DNA from: a virus
Length of the DNA: 64,000 bases
Direction: 5' to 3' (one strand)
IMG/VR virus record: IMGVR_UViG_3300013132_006127
Shown one piece after another: positions 30,876 through 40,152 of this stretch; positions within the stretch are counted from its first letter, which is position 1, and each line of letters opens with the position of its first letter. The notes beneath the pieces are model-generated. The model ran no database searches. It was not told the origin of the DNA and saw only the letters and a list, made by a program, of their open reading frames with translations. The translations under genes and the position numbers were made by a program.

Positions 30876-31777
30876 AATGCTAGTCCTCTATTATTAATAT
30901 TTTCTAGTATACTGTCTATATCCGAAGCCCCTTCTTCTGCAAAACCTATTTTAGGTAAACTCGTTGTGTTATTAGTGAAATGTGTAATTTTTGATACCAT
31001 TTCATCAAAATCACGATAAACATAATCTTGTTTGCCTTGATGGTCTTTGTTATAAATTAATGCTGGGGTTCCACAATTAATTGAGTAAATAATATTGTAT
31101 ATATTAGTTGGATTTAATTCAATAATAATCTTAGACGTTTCGAATATATTTATTAATGTATTAGATGAAAAATTATTACGACAAATATTTACTTTTAGAT
31201 TCAAATTTTTAAGTCTATTTACTATAGATGTTGTTTGCTTAATATCTTGACCACCTAAAAAGATAGATACATCTACTGTTTTTCCCTTATTTTGTATCCT
31301 GTTTTCTAAATCGTCTTGAACAGTGAAGGGTAGGTAGAAGATTCGATTAATATCTAAATCTAAAGATAATGCTATATCATATAATGCTTTATTAGCTATT
31401 AGCATAATATATGGATAATTACCCAAAATATTGCTTTCTAAATCTATCAGATCCTCCTTGGTGTGGATAAGATATATTAGCGGTATATGTGACGTTAGCG
31501 TTGCTTCTATGTTTTTATTAACATTGCTACACATCTGAAAATTATATGGCACAACCAATCTTGTATTTAGTAATTCTTCAAGACTATAACTATCAATTAG
31601 ATTGATGGCTTTATCTACTATTACTTTGTTAGATATGAAAAACTTTTCTGTTTTTTGGGCAACACTGTGTCTGATAAAATGATCAAAACAGCTACCATGA
31701 GGTCTATAAAGAATACGATATAAACTAGTGTTTGTTAATCTTTGTATAGTATTGCCTACATTATCTCCAAAGAACAT
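30872..31777 (-). CDS. Degenerate GT-B-like protein
   Basis: IFYLPF, VDVSIF and IFETSKIIIE...YSINCGTPAL resemble GT4 without the catalytic EGFG motif. Confidence 0.5.
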   Translation of the reverse strand: MFFGDNVGNTIQRLTNTSLYRILYRPHGSCFDHFIRHSVAQKTEKFFISNKVIVDKAINLIDSYSLEELLNTRLVVPYNFQMCSNVNKNIEATLTSHIPLIYLIHTKEDLIDLESNILGNYPYIMLIANKALYDIALSLDLDINRIFYLPFTVQDDLENRIQNKGKTVDVSIFLGGQDIKQTTSIVNRLKNLNLKVNICRNNFSSNTLINIFETSKIIIELNPTNIYNIIYSINCGTPALIYNKDHQGKQDYVYRDFDEMVSKITHFTNNTTSLPKIGFAEEGASDIDSILENINNRGLAL

Positions 31778-32907
31778 ATCTTCTCTCCTATAGCTTGATA
31801 AGTAAAAGCCTCAGTTGTTTCTCTGGCTTTTTGTTTCTTAGATAGCATTAGATCTCGATTGCTTAGTAGATCAAGTCTAGCTTTTCTAAGAACTTGTACT
31901 ATATCGTATATTGTTGGATGCATCCACGTCTCATTACTGCTATATGTATCAAGAGTAGCGGAACCATCATCACTTAAACAGATTTCTGGTTTTGCAGGAA
32001 TGATGTATCCGTTTGCGTCATTAACAAAAGAGACCGGTCCGGTATTTTCTACAACTATCGGAACATTACCAAATCTCATACCTTCTGCTAATGGTATACA
32101 GAAAGCTTCTCCCTGAGAAGGACAAATAAAAATATCTGATACATTATGAAGATTTAGTAGCTCTTCTCTTGGTAGCCTTTTATTAAGAAATACTATGTTA
32201 TGATTTAATGAACCGTGTTTTAAAGAATCAAAACGTTCTTTAAGAGTAGTATTTAATTGCTCTATATTAGCAGAGCTGGATGTTTTGATAAACAATACCG
32301 TTTTATCACTGGACTTAAAAGCTAGTGAAAATGCTATCATAAGATCAATAATATTTTTTCTTGGAACAAATTCACCTATAAAATAGAACTTAACATAATT
32401 AGCGTATTTATTCCTTGGTAATTCATGATTTTTCTGTATATAGTTATCTATCTCTTGAGTATCTATAGGCTCTAAAATATTTTGTATGTTTGTGATTACC
32501 CCAGCTTTTTGCAGAGTTGTTTTTTCTACTGTGCTTGGTACCAGTATGTGGTTGAATTTATTTAATATGTGTTTGTTTTTTGTATGCTGTAAATTTTGTG
32601 TTTCAAGTACTGTTATGGCTATATTATTTGTATTATTATTATACCATAAAGACTCTGGTAAACCCTTTTGAATAATTGTATCAAACTTGTCTATGTTTGC
32701 GTTTTCAAAACTAGATAAATGAGATAATTCGTCTTTTTGTTTTGTTTTTAGCGATTCCCATACTTGTCCAGTAAAATAAACAGGGGCGATTTTTAGACTA
32801 TATCCAAGCTTTTCTTTAGCATAAATTATACTTTGTAGATAATTATACGCTGCTTGTCCCCACCCGTCTTTTTGTCTATATGGAGCTATATAGAGTATAT
32901 TCTTCAT
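31756..32907 (-). CDS. Glycosyltransferase family 4 (GT-B)
   Basis: DGWGQAA, FYFIGEFVPRKN, DIFICPSQGEAFCIPLAEGMRFG. Confidence 0.85.
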   Translation of the reverse strand: MKNILYIAPYRQKDGWGQAAYNYLQSIIYAKEKLGYSLKIAPVYFTGQVWESLKTKQKDELSHLSSFENANIDKFDTIIQKGLPESLWYNNNTNNIAITVLETQNLQHTKNKHILNKFNHILVPSTVEKTTLQKAGVITNIQNILEPIDTQEIDNYIQKNHELPRNKYANYVKFYFIGEFVPRKNIIDLMIAFSLAFKSSDKTVLFIKTSSSANIEQLNTTLKERFDSLKHGSLNHNIVFLNKRLPREELLNLHNVSDIFICPSQGEAFCIPLAEGMRFGNVPIVVENTGPVSFVNDANGYIIPAKPEICLSDDGSATLDTYSSNETWMHPTIYDIVQVLRKARLDLLSNRDLMLSKKQKARETTEAFTYQAIGEKICSLEIM

Positions 32908-34598
32908 TTTTTGTTATTAATTTGGATTAACTTTTGTTTTTTATTGAGTCTAGAGTGGGCATAAACTAAATAATCTTCTGTATTGGCTTTAACAGATTCG
33001 TTCATTAACTGATAGCCAACATTATTGGCTTTAATATAATCATTCAGAAGACTAATGTAGTTATTGATATTATAAGGCTTTATTTCTCCTCCGTCAACAA
33101 CAAAACCATAATCAATATGCTTCAACATATATAAATTTAAATGATCATAAAAACCGGAAGGGTTTCTTAAGTTGTTATCAAAAATATATGATAATAGCTC
33201 ATAATTATTATTGAATTTTGGTAAATTGTCTTTATCTATTGGTTTCATAATATGAAGTTTATGATTCCACGTTTTTTTATTTGGCTGTGCTAAGATATGA
33301 TCAAATACTGTTTCCCATTTTTTAGCAACAATATCCCAATTGTAAAATTCCTCAACCAATCTTCTTGTTTCAAACCCTCTTTTTTGTCTTACTGGAGTTG
33401 GTAGAACTAGAAACTGTTGTAGTATTTGAATTAAATGATTATTGTCTGGATATGCTCTATATGCTTCTGTTTCCATTTCCTTGAAGTATCTTTCAACTCT
33501 AATCGGATAGCCATTTAATTTTCTTACAATGTCTGACATGGCACTATAATCTACAGAAGCTACCGGCACTCCGCAGGCAGCAGCTTCGACTTGAGGCATA
33601 CCAAAACCCTCACAAATAGCATACTGTACATAAATATCGAAAGTATTATATATAACAGATAATTGATCGTTAGATACGCCATTATTGGAAGAAGGAAATC
33701 TACAAGCTTCGGCTTTGCAAAATGGACAATGTTTAATAGCATGAGTAAATGTGGATGCGTGTGTTCTATCGCAAGATTTACAGTGATATGTAAACAATAC
33801 CTTATTTGATATAGAATTTTCTTTTAGTAATGCTGGTATATCCCAGCCCATATCAGGATAGGATGTGTGCAAATATAGATATAAATTTTCTCCTATATCA
33901 TTTTCTTCTGTCTGATATCTATTAAGCAGATCTCTGAATGCTTTGAATAAGTCTGGTAGTAGTTTTCTTTTTTGGTTTCTCATTACAGAACCCACTAGAG
34001 TAAAAGATTCTGGTATCCCTAGCGACTCCTTACATTTGGTTTTATTTAGAGGTCTAAAAACATCCAGATCTACTCCTGGAGAAGCTTCTCCAACATAATT
34101 AATATGAGTATTGGATTGATCTTTTAAGACAGTACCAGCCCACTCAGAATAGCCAAGAACAGCATCGGCTTGACCATATATATCGATCCATCCTTCTTGT
34201 TGAGGAGCAGAATCAACAGTTGGCATTACAACCCAATTATAGCAGGGCCTGAATATGGACTTTGATTGATAAGAATTCATCCAGAAATCTCTAATATCAA
34301 AAACTATATCTGGTTTAAAATCAAATACAACCCTGTCGAACCTCCACTTTCCGAATACATTATCAGCAGCCGATGCGTATTCCTTATATCTTTTGTCAGA
34401 AGGTGTTACTGCATTTGGATAGAATAACCATGGCACCGAGGACTCTCTTTCGTCACCCATCATTCCATAAGATGCGAATTCTGCTATCTCGTATTTATTG
34501 GTCTTATACAGTCTCGATAGCACCTCTTTACTATAAGTACTGTATCCTGTTTGAAGATAAGAAGCCTCAGAGCACATCAGGATTTTGGGTTTATTCAT
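32904..34598 (-). CDS. Glycosyltransferase family 4 with an inserted zinc ribbon
   Basis: TGYS, PGVDLDVFRP, MRNQKRK, EGFGMPQVEAAACGVP; insert CKSC...CPFC. Confidence 0.85.
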   Translation of the reverse strand: MNKPKILMCSEASYLQTGYSTYSKEVLSRLYKTNKYEIAEFASYGMMGDERESSVPWLFYPNAVTPSDKRYKEYASAADNVFGKWRFDRVVFDFKPDIVFDIRDFWMNSYQSKSIFRPCYNWVVMPTVDSAPQQEGWIDIYGQADAVLGYSEWAGTVLKDQSNTHINYVGEASPGVDLDVFRPLNKTKCKESLGIPESFTLVGSVMRNQKRKLLPDLFKAFRDLLNRYQTEENDIGENLYLYLHTSYPDMGWDIPALLKENSISNKVLFTYHCKSCDRTHASTFTHAIKHCPFCKAEACRFPSSNNGVSNDQLSVIYNTFDIYVQYAICEGFGMPQVEAAACGVPVASVDYSAMSDIVRKLNGYPIRVERYFKEMETEAYRAYPDNNHLIQILQQFLVLPTPVRQKRGFETRRLVEEFYNWDIVAKKWETVFDHILAQPNKKTWNHKLHIMKPIDKDNLPKFNNNYELLSYIFDNNLRNPSGFYDHLNLYMLKHIDYGFVVDGGEIKPYNINNYISLLNDYIKANNVGYQLMNESVKANTEDYLVYAHSRLNKKQKLIQINNKK

Positions 34599-34618
34599 AA
34601 TTGTACCTTTAGGATACT

Positions 34619-34644
34619 AAAAAGGCTGCATGGTTAGTGCAGCC
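34619..34644 (-). terminator. Rho-independent terminator after ssb
   Basis: Minus strand GGCTGCA-CTAACCA-TGCAGCC-TTTTT: perfect 7-bp stem followed by a U tract. Confidence 0.8.
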
Positions 34645-34673
34645 ATCTTAGCATTCGGACTACTATTCCTTGA

Positions 34674-35048
34674 TCAGAAGGCCACAGATTCGGTGGATGC
34701 GTTCTGAGTGGTCTTGTTAACCTTAGCAATCTTAGAAAAATTATTAACTCTAACCTTAAGAGTGCTATGCTTAACCCCGTCCTTTTCCCACGAGTCATTT
34801 CTAATAGAACCCTCGACAAATACCAAATCGCCCTTCTTGAAAGAAGAAGCGATAAGCTGGGCTCCACTATCCCATGCTTCGCAGTTGATGAAAGACGTAA
34901 TCTTATCCTTCGTTCCATCAGACTTTACAAAGTCACGAGATACAGCCACGGTAAAATTAACTACCGATGTCTCCCTGTCTGTTCCGCCATTGATAGTTCT
35001 TAACTCTGGATCCCTAGCTAGATTGCCGCGTAAAATCACAATATTCAT
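34674..35048 (-). CDS. ssb: Single-stranded DNA-binding protein
   Basis: MNIVILRGNLARDPELR, FINCEAW, KGDLVFVEG; AAGGAG SD at 35056-35061. Confidence 0.95.
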   Translation of the reverse strand: MNIVILRGNLARDPELRTINGGTDRETSVVNFTVAVSRDFVKSDGTKDKITSFINCEAWDSGAQLIASSFKKGDLVFVEGSIRNDSWEKDGVKHSTLKVRVNNFSKIAKVNKTTQNASTESVAF

Positions 35049-35093
35049 TTAAAATCTCCTTGAAGTAGTAAACCAAAACCAAACCGCTGTCTT

Positions 35094-35121
35094 ATAGTAT
35101 GCGACGGGCCGAGAATGTCAA
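35094..35121 (-). promoter_or_regulatory. Sigma70-type promoter for ssb
   Basis: TTGACA (35121-35116), 16-nt spacer, TACTAT (35099-35094). Confidence 0.7.
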
Positions 35122-36668
35122 GAACTCGGCATCACGCATCTTTCTATGATAAAACTGTTATCGCTCTTACTGGATTTTGTACCAGAAAAAACCAAAACAG
35201 CTTCGTCTGTGAGAAAATTTTTATATTTTTGATATTGTTCAGGGAATAATACTGCCGACTTTATTGTTCCTGTACTATCCCCTAGTTCTAAAAAAGCCAT
35301 ATCCATTCCTGGATTCTGTCCCTTTTTGGTTTTTATAACACTAATTCTCTGTATTTCTGCTATAACTGATAGCTTTTTCTTTGCTATCTGATGTTTATAT
35401 TCTTGACAGGATATTGTATTGATTTCGCTATAATAAGCATCAGATTTATTACAAGTTATAGATACTCCAAATAGATATGTTTCGTTCTCTGCAATCCATT
35501 GTAGATTATCCATTAATGAATATGGAGGATTTTTTAAATTATTAATATGGTTATGAAAGATTTCTTTTCTATTTTTTGTTAGTTTATAGTTAAGATAGAC
35601 ATGCTCCATAATACCTAAAAAAGTGTTAAATTTATTCAGGTCTAGCGTATGGATGTACTCTTTCTCTTTCTTAGTCAAATTACTTAGAACATCTAAGCAA
35701 AAACATAATTCCTTTCTAGACTTTTTATATATGTTTAATGCCCCAGATGTCACGATAGCTTTTGCTGCATTAATATTTATATTGGAAAGTATCAATATCA
35801 ATAATTTCCAAACATTGTCTTTCTTATAATTAAAATTATTTTCATTTATTAAAAGGATTAACTTGTCATATACCGATTCGCCAACACCCTTAATATTTGT
35901 GAAACCAAAAACTATTGTGTCTTCAAATAATTCAAATTCTTTATTTAGTTTAACAATCGATGGACCTGAAACATTTATGCCCATCTCTATAGCATTGTTA
36001 ACAAGTTCTTTTACTTCTTCTTGTGGATTGATTTTATCCTTAGAGAATCTAAGATAAGATGTAAAAAAAACTAATGGATTATGAGCTTTATAATAAGCCG
36101 ATAAATAACCATTGATAGCATAACTTACAGCATGTGATTTATTAAATGAGTATCTCTGTGATTTTTCAATCCAGCTAAAAATTTGTTCGGCTTCTGATTC
36201 TTTAACCATACCTAGTTTTTTGGCTCCTAATAAAAACTTACCTTTAACTTTTGCCATAAGCTGGGTGTTTTTCTTTCCGATACTTTTTCTTAGTTCGTCG
36301 GCTTCTTGTAGGTTAAAGCCTGCTATTTTTTGTGCTATTTGCATTGCCTGCTCTTGATAAACCATTTCTCCATATGTACTCTCTAATATAGATTCTAGAG
36401 ATGTATGAAAATAATCAATAGATTCCTGTCCGTTTTTCTTATCTATAAAATGCTGACTCACTGTTTTACCATCTCTGACAGCTTCCAAGCATCCCGGCCT
36501 CATAATAGAGATCAAAGCCGCCAACTCTTCTATATTAGAAGGTTTAAGTTTCTTAGACATAGATTGACCAAGCCTAGATTCTAATTGGAAACATCCTTTT
36601 GTGTTACCTTCGGATAAAAGAGCCCAGGTTTTTGGACAATTAGTATCTATACTATCTAGCTTCAGCAT
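35118..36668 (-). CDS. dnaE: DNA polymerase III alpha, C-terminal half (fingers/HhH/OB)
   Basis: TKGCFQLES, ALISIMRPG, TYGEMVYQEQAMQIA, ADELRKSIGKK, YSFNKSHA, FGFTNIKGVG; OB-fold MAFLELGDSTG. Confidence 0.92.
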   Translation of the reverse strand: MLKLDSIDTNCPKTWALLSEGNTKGCFQLESRLGQSMSKKLKPSNIEELAALISIMRPGCLEAVRDGKTVSQHFIDKKNGQESIDYFHTSLESILESTYGEMVYQEQAMQIAQKIAGFNLQEADELRKSIGKKNTQLMAKVKGKFLLGAKKLGMVKESEAEQIFSWIEKSQRYSFNKSHAVSYAINGYLSAYYKAHNPLVFFTSYLRFSKDKINPQEEVKELVNNAIEMGINVSGPSIVKLNKEFELFEDTIVFGFTNIKGVGESVYDKLILLINENNFNYKKDNVWKLLILILSNININAAKAIVTSGALNIYKKSRKELCFCLDVLSNLTKKEKEYIHTLDLNKFNTFLGIMEHVYLNYKLTKNRKEIFHNHINNLKNPPYSLMDNLQWIAENETYLFGVSITCNKSDAYYSEINTISCQEYKHQIAKKKLSVIAEIQRISVIKTKKGQNPGMDMAFLELGDSTGTIKSAVLFPEQYQKYKNFLTDEAVLVFSGTKSSKSDNSFIIERCVMPSS

Positions 36669-37356
36669 AATTTAAAAAAGCGTCCTTAAACTTAACTTTT
36701 TGAGATAAATTCCTATGTAATTTTAAAAATCGACATAATATTCCAGCACAATCTTTAACATCTTTTAGGGCATCGTGAGCCCCATCTTTTGAAATACCCA
36801 AATAATCCCTCATATTATCTAAACTTAGACTTTTGACCTCTGAGATATTTTCAAACCAATAAAATACTAAATTCATAATATCCAAAACGTCTCTAGGATA
36901 AAAAATAGAAGACGTATTTTCTTTATTGACATAACCGAATTGCTTACTATATCTATCCACAATTTTAAGATCGAACCTATGTATATTATACCCGGCTGCT
37001 ATAGGTGCTGTAAATTGGCTTTTTTTACCACTATTACTATAGTGATACATCAATAGGTAACTGTTGAATGCTTGCCAAGCCTGTTGCTGGGATACACTAT
37101 TTTTCCATGAGTTAAGTATTTCCTCAGAAGAACATCCTCTGACCCTAGAATGAAAATCTAATATATCGCTGGAGCTATAATCATGATCAGGGTCTTTTTC
37201 TAATAGATCGGGTTTAACTGATATGTTAAATTCAGAATCCTTTACCACCTCTAATGTATAGGGATCAATAATAATAGCAGCTATCTGTACAGGACTACAA
37301 ACAGTGGGATCCGAACCATCTGTTTCAAAATCAAAAACGCAAATTTTATTTTTCAT
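36652..37356 (-). CDS. DEDDh 3'-5' exonuclease (DnaQ/epsilon-like)
   Basis: ExoI VFDFETDG, ExoII AGYNIHRFD, ExoIII HDALKD. Confidence 0.9.
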   Translation of the reverse strand: MKNKICVFDFETDGSDPTVCSPVQIAAIIIDPYTLEVVKDSEFNISVKPDLLEKDPDHDYSSSDILDFHSRVRGCSSEEILNSWKNSVSQQQAWQAFNSYLLMYHYSNSGKKSQFTAPIAAGYNIHRFDLKIVDRYSKQFGYVNKENTSSIFYPRDVLDIMNLVFYWFENISEVKSLSLDNMRDYLGISKDGAHDALKDVKDCAGILCRFLKLHRNLSQKVKFKDAFLNYAEAR

Positions 37357-39944
37357 GTTACTAATGGAGCTGGTACGCTCTGTAGTTTCTCCGTAATAGA
37401 GGCTATAGAATTAAAATATATGAATGGCATAGCTTGGTAGGAAGCGTCTTTACCAAATAAAAGATTACCCATAAGATAGTTATTTAAAAATGGATTCCTC
37501 AATTGTACAATTGTTCTATATTCGGATGGGTCATAGGATGCTTCGATAATGTCAACAGTTGTGGAATGTTCTTGATATGCGTCTTTAGCGATAATAACAC
37601 CCCCAAGTGGAGTAAAAGTTTTTACATCATTTCCGGCTTTCGTTTTAGAAGAATCACCAGACCAAGTTTCGTATCTCAATATTGTTTTTCCTGGTTTAAA
37701 ATTTTCTATATAATTCCCGAAAATAATTAATTTTGATCTATCAGCCCTATCTGTCCAACAAGAAGCACCGAGATAAGGTAAGTTAATACTTCCTTCAAAA
37801 AAGAAACAAGTTATAACTCTTCCTGTATTACAAGTTTTTTGCAAAGTGCCGTAGTTATAAAATTGATCTCTATTACTAGTGTCTATACCTGTTTGTACAA
37901 CATCCTCCGCCAGCTCATTGATAACTGGCTGATCCTTTAGTTTATTATAGAACAAGGAGCTGAGTCTGGCAAATGCTGTTTTTTCGTCAGTTTTATAAGG
38001 ATAAGTTGCATTTTTTACCAGCGTCCACATTTGATCCAATGTAACCTTACTAATTCCAAAATAATCGTGAACCTCTCTTGCTGGTGTGTCTTCGTCTAAT
38101 AAAATTTCTATCAAAGACCTAGTGACATCACCAATATAAAAGACTTGAATTTTTGGAGGTGATGCCGCTATACCTGTGTATGTTGGGTCCGGTACTAGAG
38201 TATAAAACATCATAGGATCTCCAGCAGTGTCTTCAATAACAGTATTAATATTGCCATTATATTTAGTAGAAATTCTTTTGGTAGGATCCATAAAAGCTTG
38301 TTTAAAAGAACTACCAGTAAGTTCCATTGAGTATCTAACCAGATACGGACTATTAACAATATATTTAGCAGATATTATCTGGCCCGTTTCATCTATGGGA
38401 AGATCTATAATATGTGTTAGCAGTTCTTTGGTATACAAAGAATCGTCTTGTTCCAAATCCCTAATATATTTGGGTTCTCCGTCATATGGGGCTCCTAGTA
38501 TTCCTTGATGTTTTTTGTTATCGTCATAATAAATCTCAGCAGGATTATCACTATCAAAATCTGTTAGCTTGCCTGTTTTGGATCTATAAACCGGTATACC
38601 ATAGCCGTATCTTGTACTAAAAGTAAATCTCATAGGCTTATTTGTAATAGGATTTTTTTTATATAGATACGGATACTGAGTAGAAGACCACTGAGTATTT
38701 CTACTAGTACCACCGAAAGGAGTAGAATACACTTTACGATTGTTCATATCTTGATCTGTATTAAAATATGTATCTTTTAAAGAACTAAGAGCCATATCAT
38801 TTCCTAGAGTATAACTAGATAACTTTACCTCGTAACCAGATTTTTGCAATAAATAAGGAGGTAAATCAAATTCATTATATGGCTCAAAAATTTCTTTAGC
38901 TGATATTTTTTCTACTAGTGTTTGTTCATTTAATGGTTCGTTTAAATCATCAGAGAAATATAAACTATCATATAGTATCATATCTAATGTGTTTATAGAG
39001 TTAGTCATCATAAACATAGCATTCATTGTCCACGGATCGATGCCTTTATACTTGGATAAACTAGCATGACGAGAAATTGCAGATTTGAAAATAAAATCTG
39101 TACCATATTTTTCACGAACAGATAAGAGTGGTTTGCCAAACTCTTCTCTAGCTTCAGGATCTAACATATCAAAAACACTAATTTGACTCTCTAATATAAA
39201 AATATTTGGAGGAACATTACTTACTAATTCTCTATACATTCTATGTAGACATAATGCATTAACAGGACAACATCCTCTTCCTTTAGAAAAAGTTCTTACC
39301 TTTTTATACAAAGCCCTATCCCTATTGCCTGGATCGTATAATGTAAATATATCTCCTAATTTAAGAGATTCATATCTCACGTATGTTTTTGAAAAAAGTT
39401 CTCCAGACCAGTCCGAGTATTTATATCCGCCCTGACCATTTAAACCAACTATAGTTTTGGGGCCGGTATCTATAGTAACCCAGCTGTTAACACCGTTTGA
39501 TGGTATTAGAGGGGTTATCTCTCTGTACTGGCCTACAAAATCAGAATCAAAGTTTTCAAATTCTCCAAAACCATAACCCTTTTCCAAGTATTGATAGAAG
39601 AGAGTGAAATAATGACCAGTAATTAATTCTATTTTTTTAGTTATATTTTCTAATTGAGGGATATTTATTTTTATAGGTTTATTAGAAAATTCTACATTAA
39701 TATCTTGTGCTAATTGACCAAATCTATTATCTCCCCAAACCCATAGAGAATTATCCTGTTTTAACCCAACAGAATGAAAGCGACCCACAGCATAATTTAT
39801 CCACGATATGTTGTCGCTGGGTGTGTCTGTTAATACTATGGATTTCTCCATAACTCTTCTATTGTGGCCTAACCCCAGTTGGCCAAAAGAATTATCTCCA
39901 TACGCATATAACTTACCGTCTAATATCTCTAAAGTATGAGGCAT
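37353..39944 (-). CDS. 863-aa protein with N-terminal RCC1 repeats
   Basis: GKLYAYGDNSFGQLG, VGRFHSVGLK, SLWVWGDNRFGQL; ATGA overlap with the exonuclease start. Confidence 0.75.
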   Translation of the reverse strand: MPHTLEILDGKLYAYGDNSFGQLGLGHNRRVMEKSIVLTDTPSDNISWINYAVGRFHSVGLKQDNSLWVWGDNRFGQLAQDINVEFSNKPIKINIPQLENITKKIELITGHYFTLFYQYLEKGYGFGEFENFDSDFVGQYREITPLIPSNGVNSWVTIDTGPKTIVGLNGQGGYKYSDWSGELFSKTYVRYESLKLGDIFTLYDPGNRDRALYKKVRTFSKGRGCCPVNALCLHRMYRELVSNVPPNIFILESQISVFDMLDPEAREEFGKPLLSVREKYGTDFIFKSAISRHASLSKYKGIDPWTMNAMFMMTNSINTLDMILYDSLYFSDDLNEPLNEQTLVEKISAKEIFEPYNEFDLPPYLLQKSGYEVKLSSYTLGNDMALSSLKDTYFNTDQDMNNRKVYSTPFGGTSRNTQWSSTQYPYLYKKNPITNKPMRFTFSTRYGYGIPVYRSKTGKLTDFDSDNPAEIYYDDNKKHQGILGAPYDGEPKYIRDLEQDDSLYTKELLTHIIDLPIDETGQIISAKYIVNSPYLVRYSMELTGSSFKQAFMDPTKRISTKYNGNINTVIEDTAGDPMMFYTLVPDPTYTGIAASPPKIQVFYIGDVTRSLIEILLDEDTPAREVHDYFGISKVTLDQMWTLVKNATYPYKTDEKTAFARLSSLFYNKLKDQPVINELAEDVVQTGIDTSNRDQFYNYGTLQKTCNTGRVITCFFFEGSINLPYLGASCWTDRADRSKLIIFGNYIENFKPGKTILRYETWSGDSSKTKAGNDVKTFTPLGGVIIAKDAYQEHSTTVDIIEASYDPSEYRTIVQLRNPFLNNYLMGNLLFGKDASYQAMPFIYFNSIASITEKLQSVPAPLVT

Positions 39945-39972
39945 TCCTAAAACTAATTCCTATTAACTATAA

Positions 39973-40152
39973 TTAATTTACTTGAACAGATGCGTCATCG
40001 GGTATGTAAATTCTTTCTGAACTCTGAGTATTCACAGCATTAACAGTTTTGCAGCATGACACTCTTACCGTTTCTGTTTTTACACAATTAACACCGTTAT
40101 ATACAAAAGCGGAATTAACGGCTAATGAACCAAATGTTACGCTGTTTGACAT
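39973..40152 (-). CDS. 59-aa protein missed by the ORF track
   Basis: MSNSVTFGSLAVNSAFVYNGVNCVKTETVRVSCCKTVNAVNTQSSERIYIPDDASVQVN*; strong AAAGGAG SD upstream; fills the gap between its neighbours. Confidence 0.8.
   Translation of the reverse strand: MSNSVTFGSLAVNSAFVYNGVNCVKTETVRVSCCKTVNAVNTQSSERIYIPDDASVQVN

Noticed and set aside
36652-36690. Slippery T TTT TTA at the exonuclease/dnaE-C overlap producing a fusion protein
   Set aside because: A -1 shift meets TGA within three codons. dnaE-C is in the +1 frame, which has a TAA just before its ATG.
36669-40136. Group I/II intron interrupting dnaE
   Set aside because: The interval is almost entirely filled by three ORFs, with no space for a ribozyme core and no maturase/RT.
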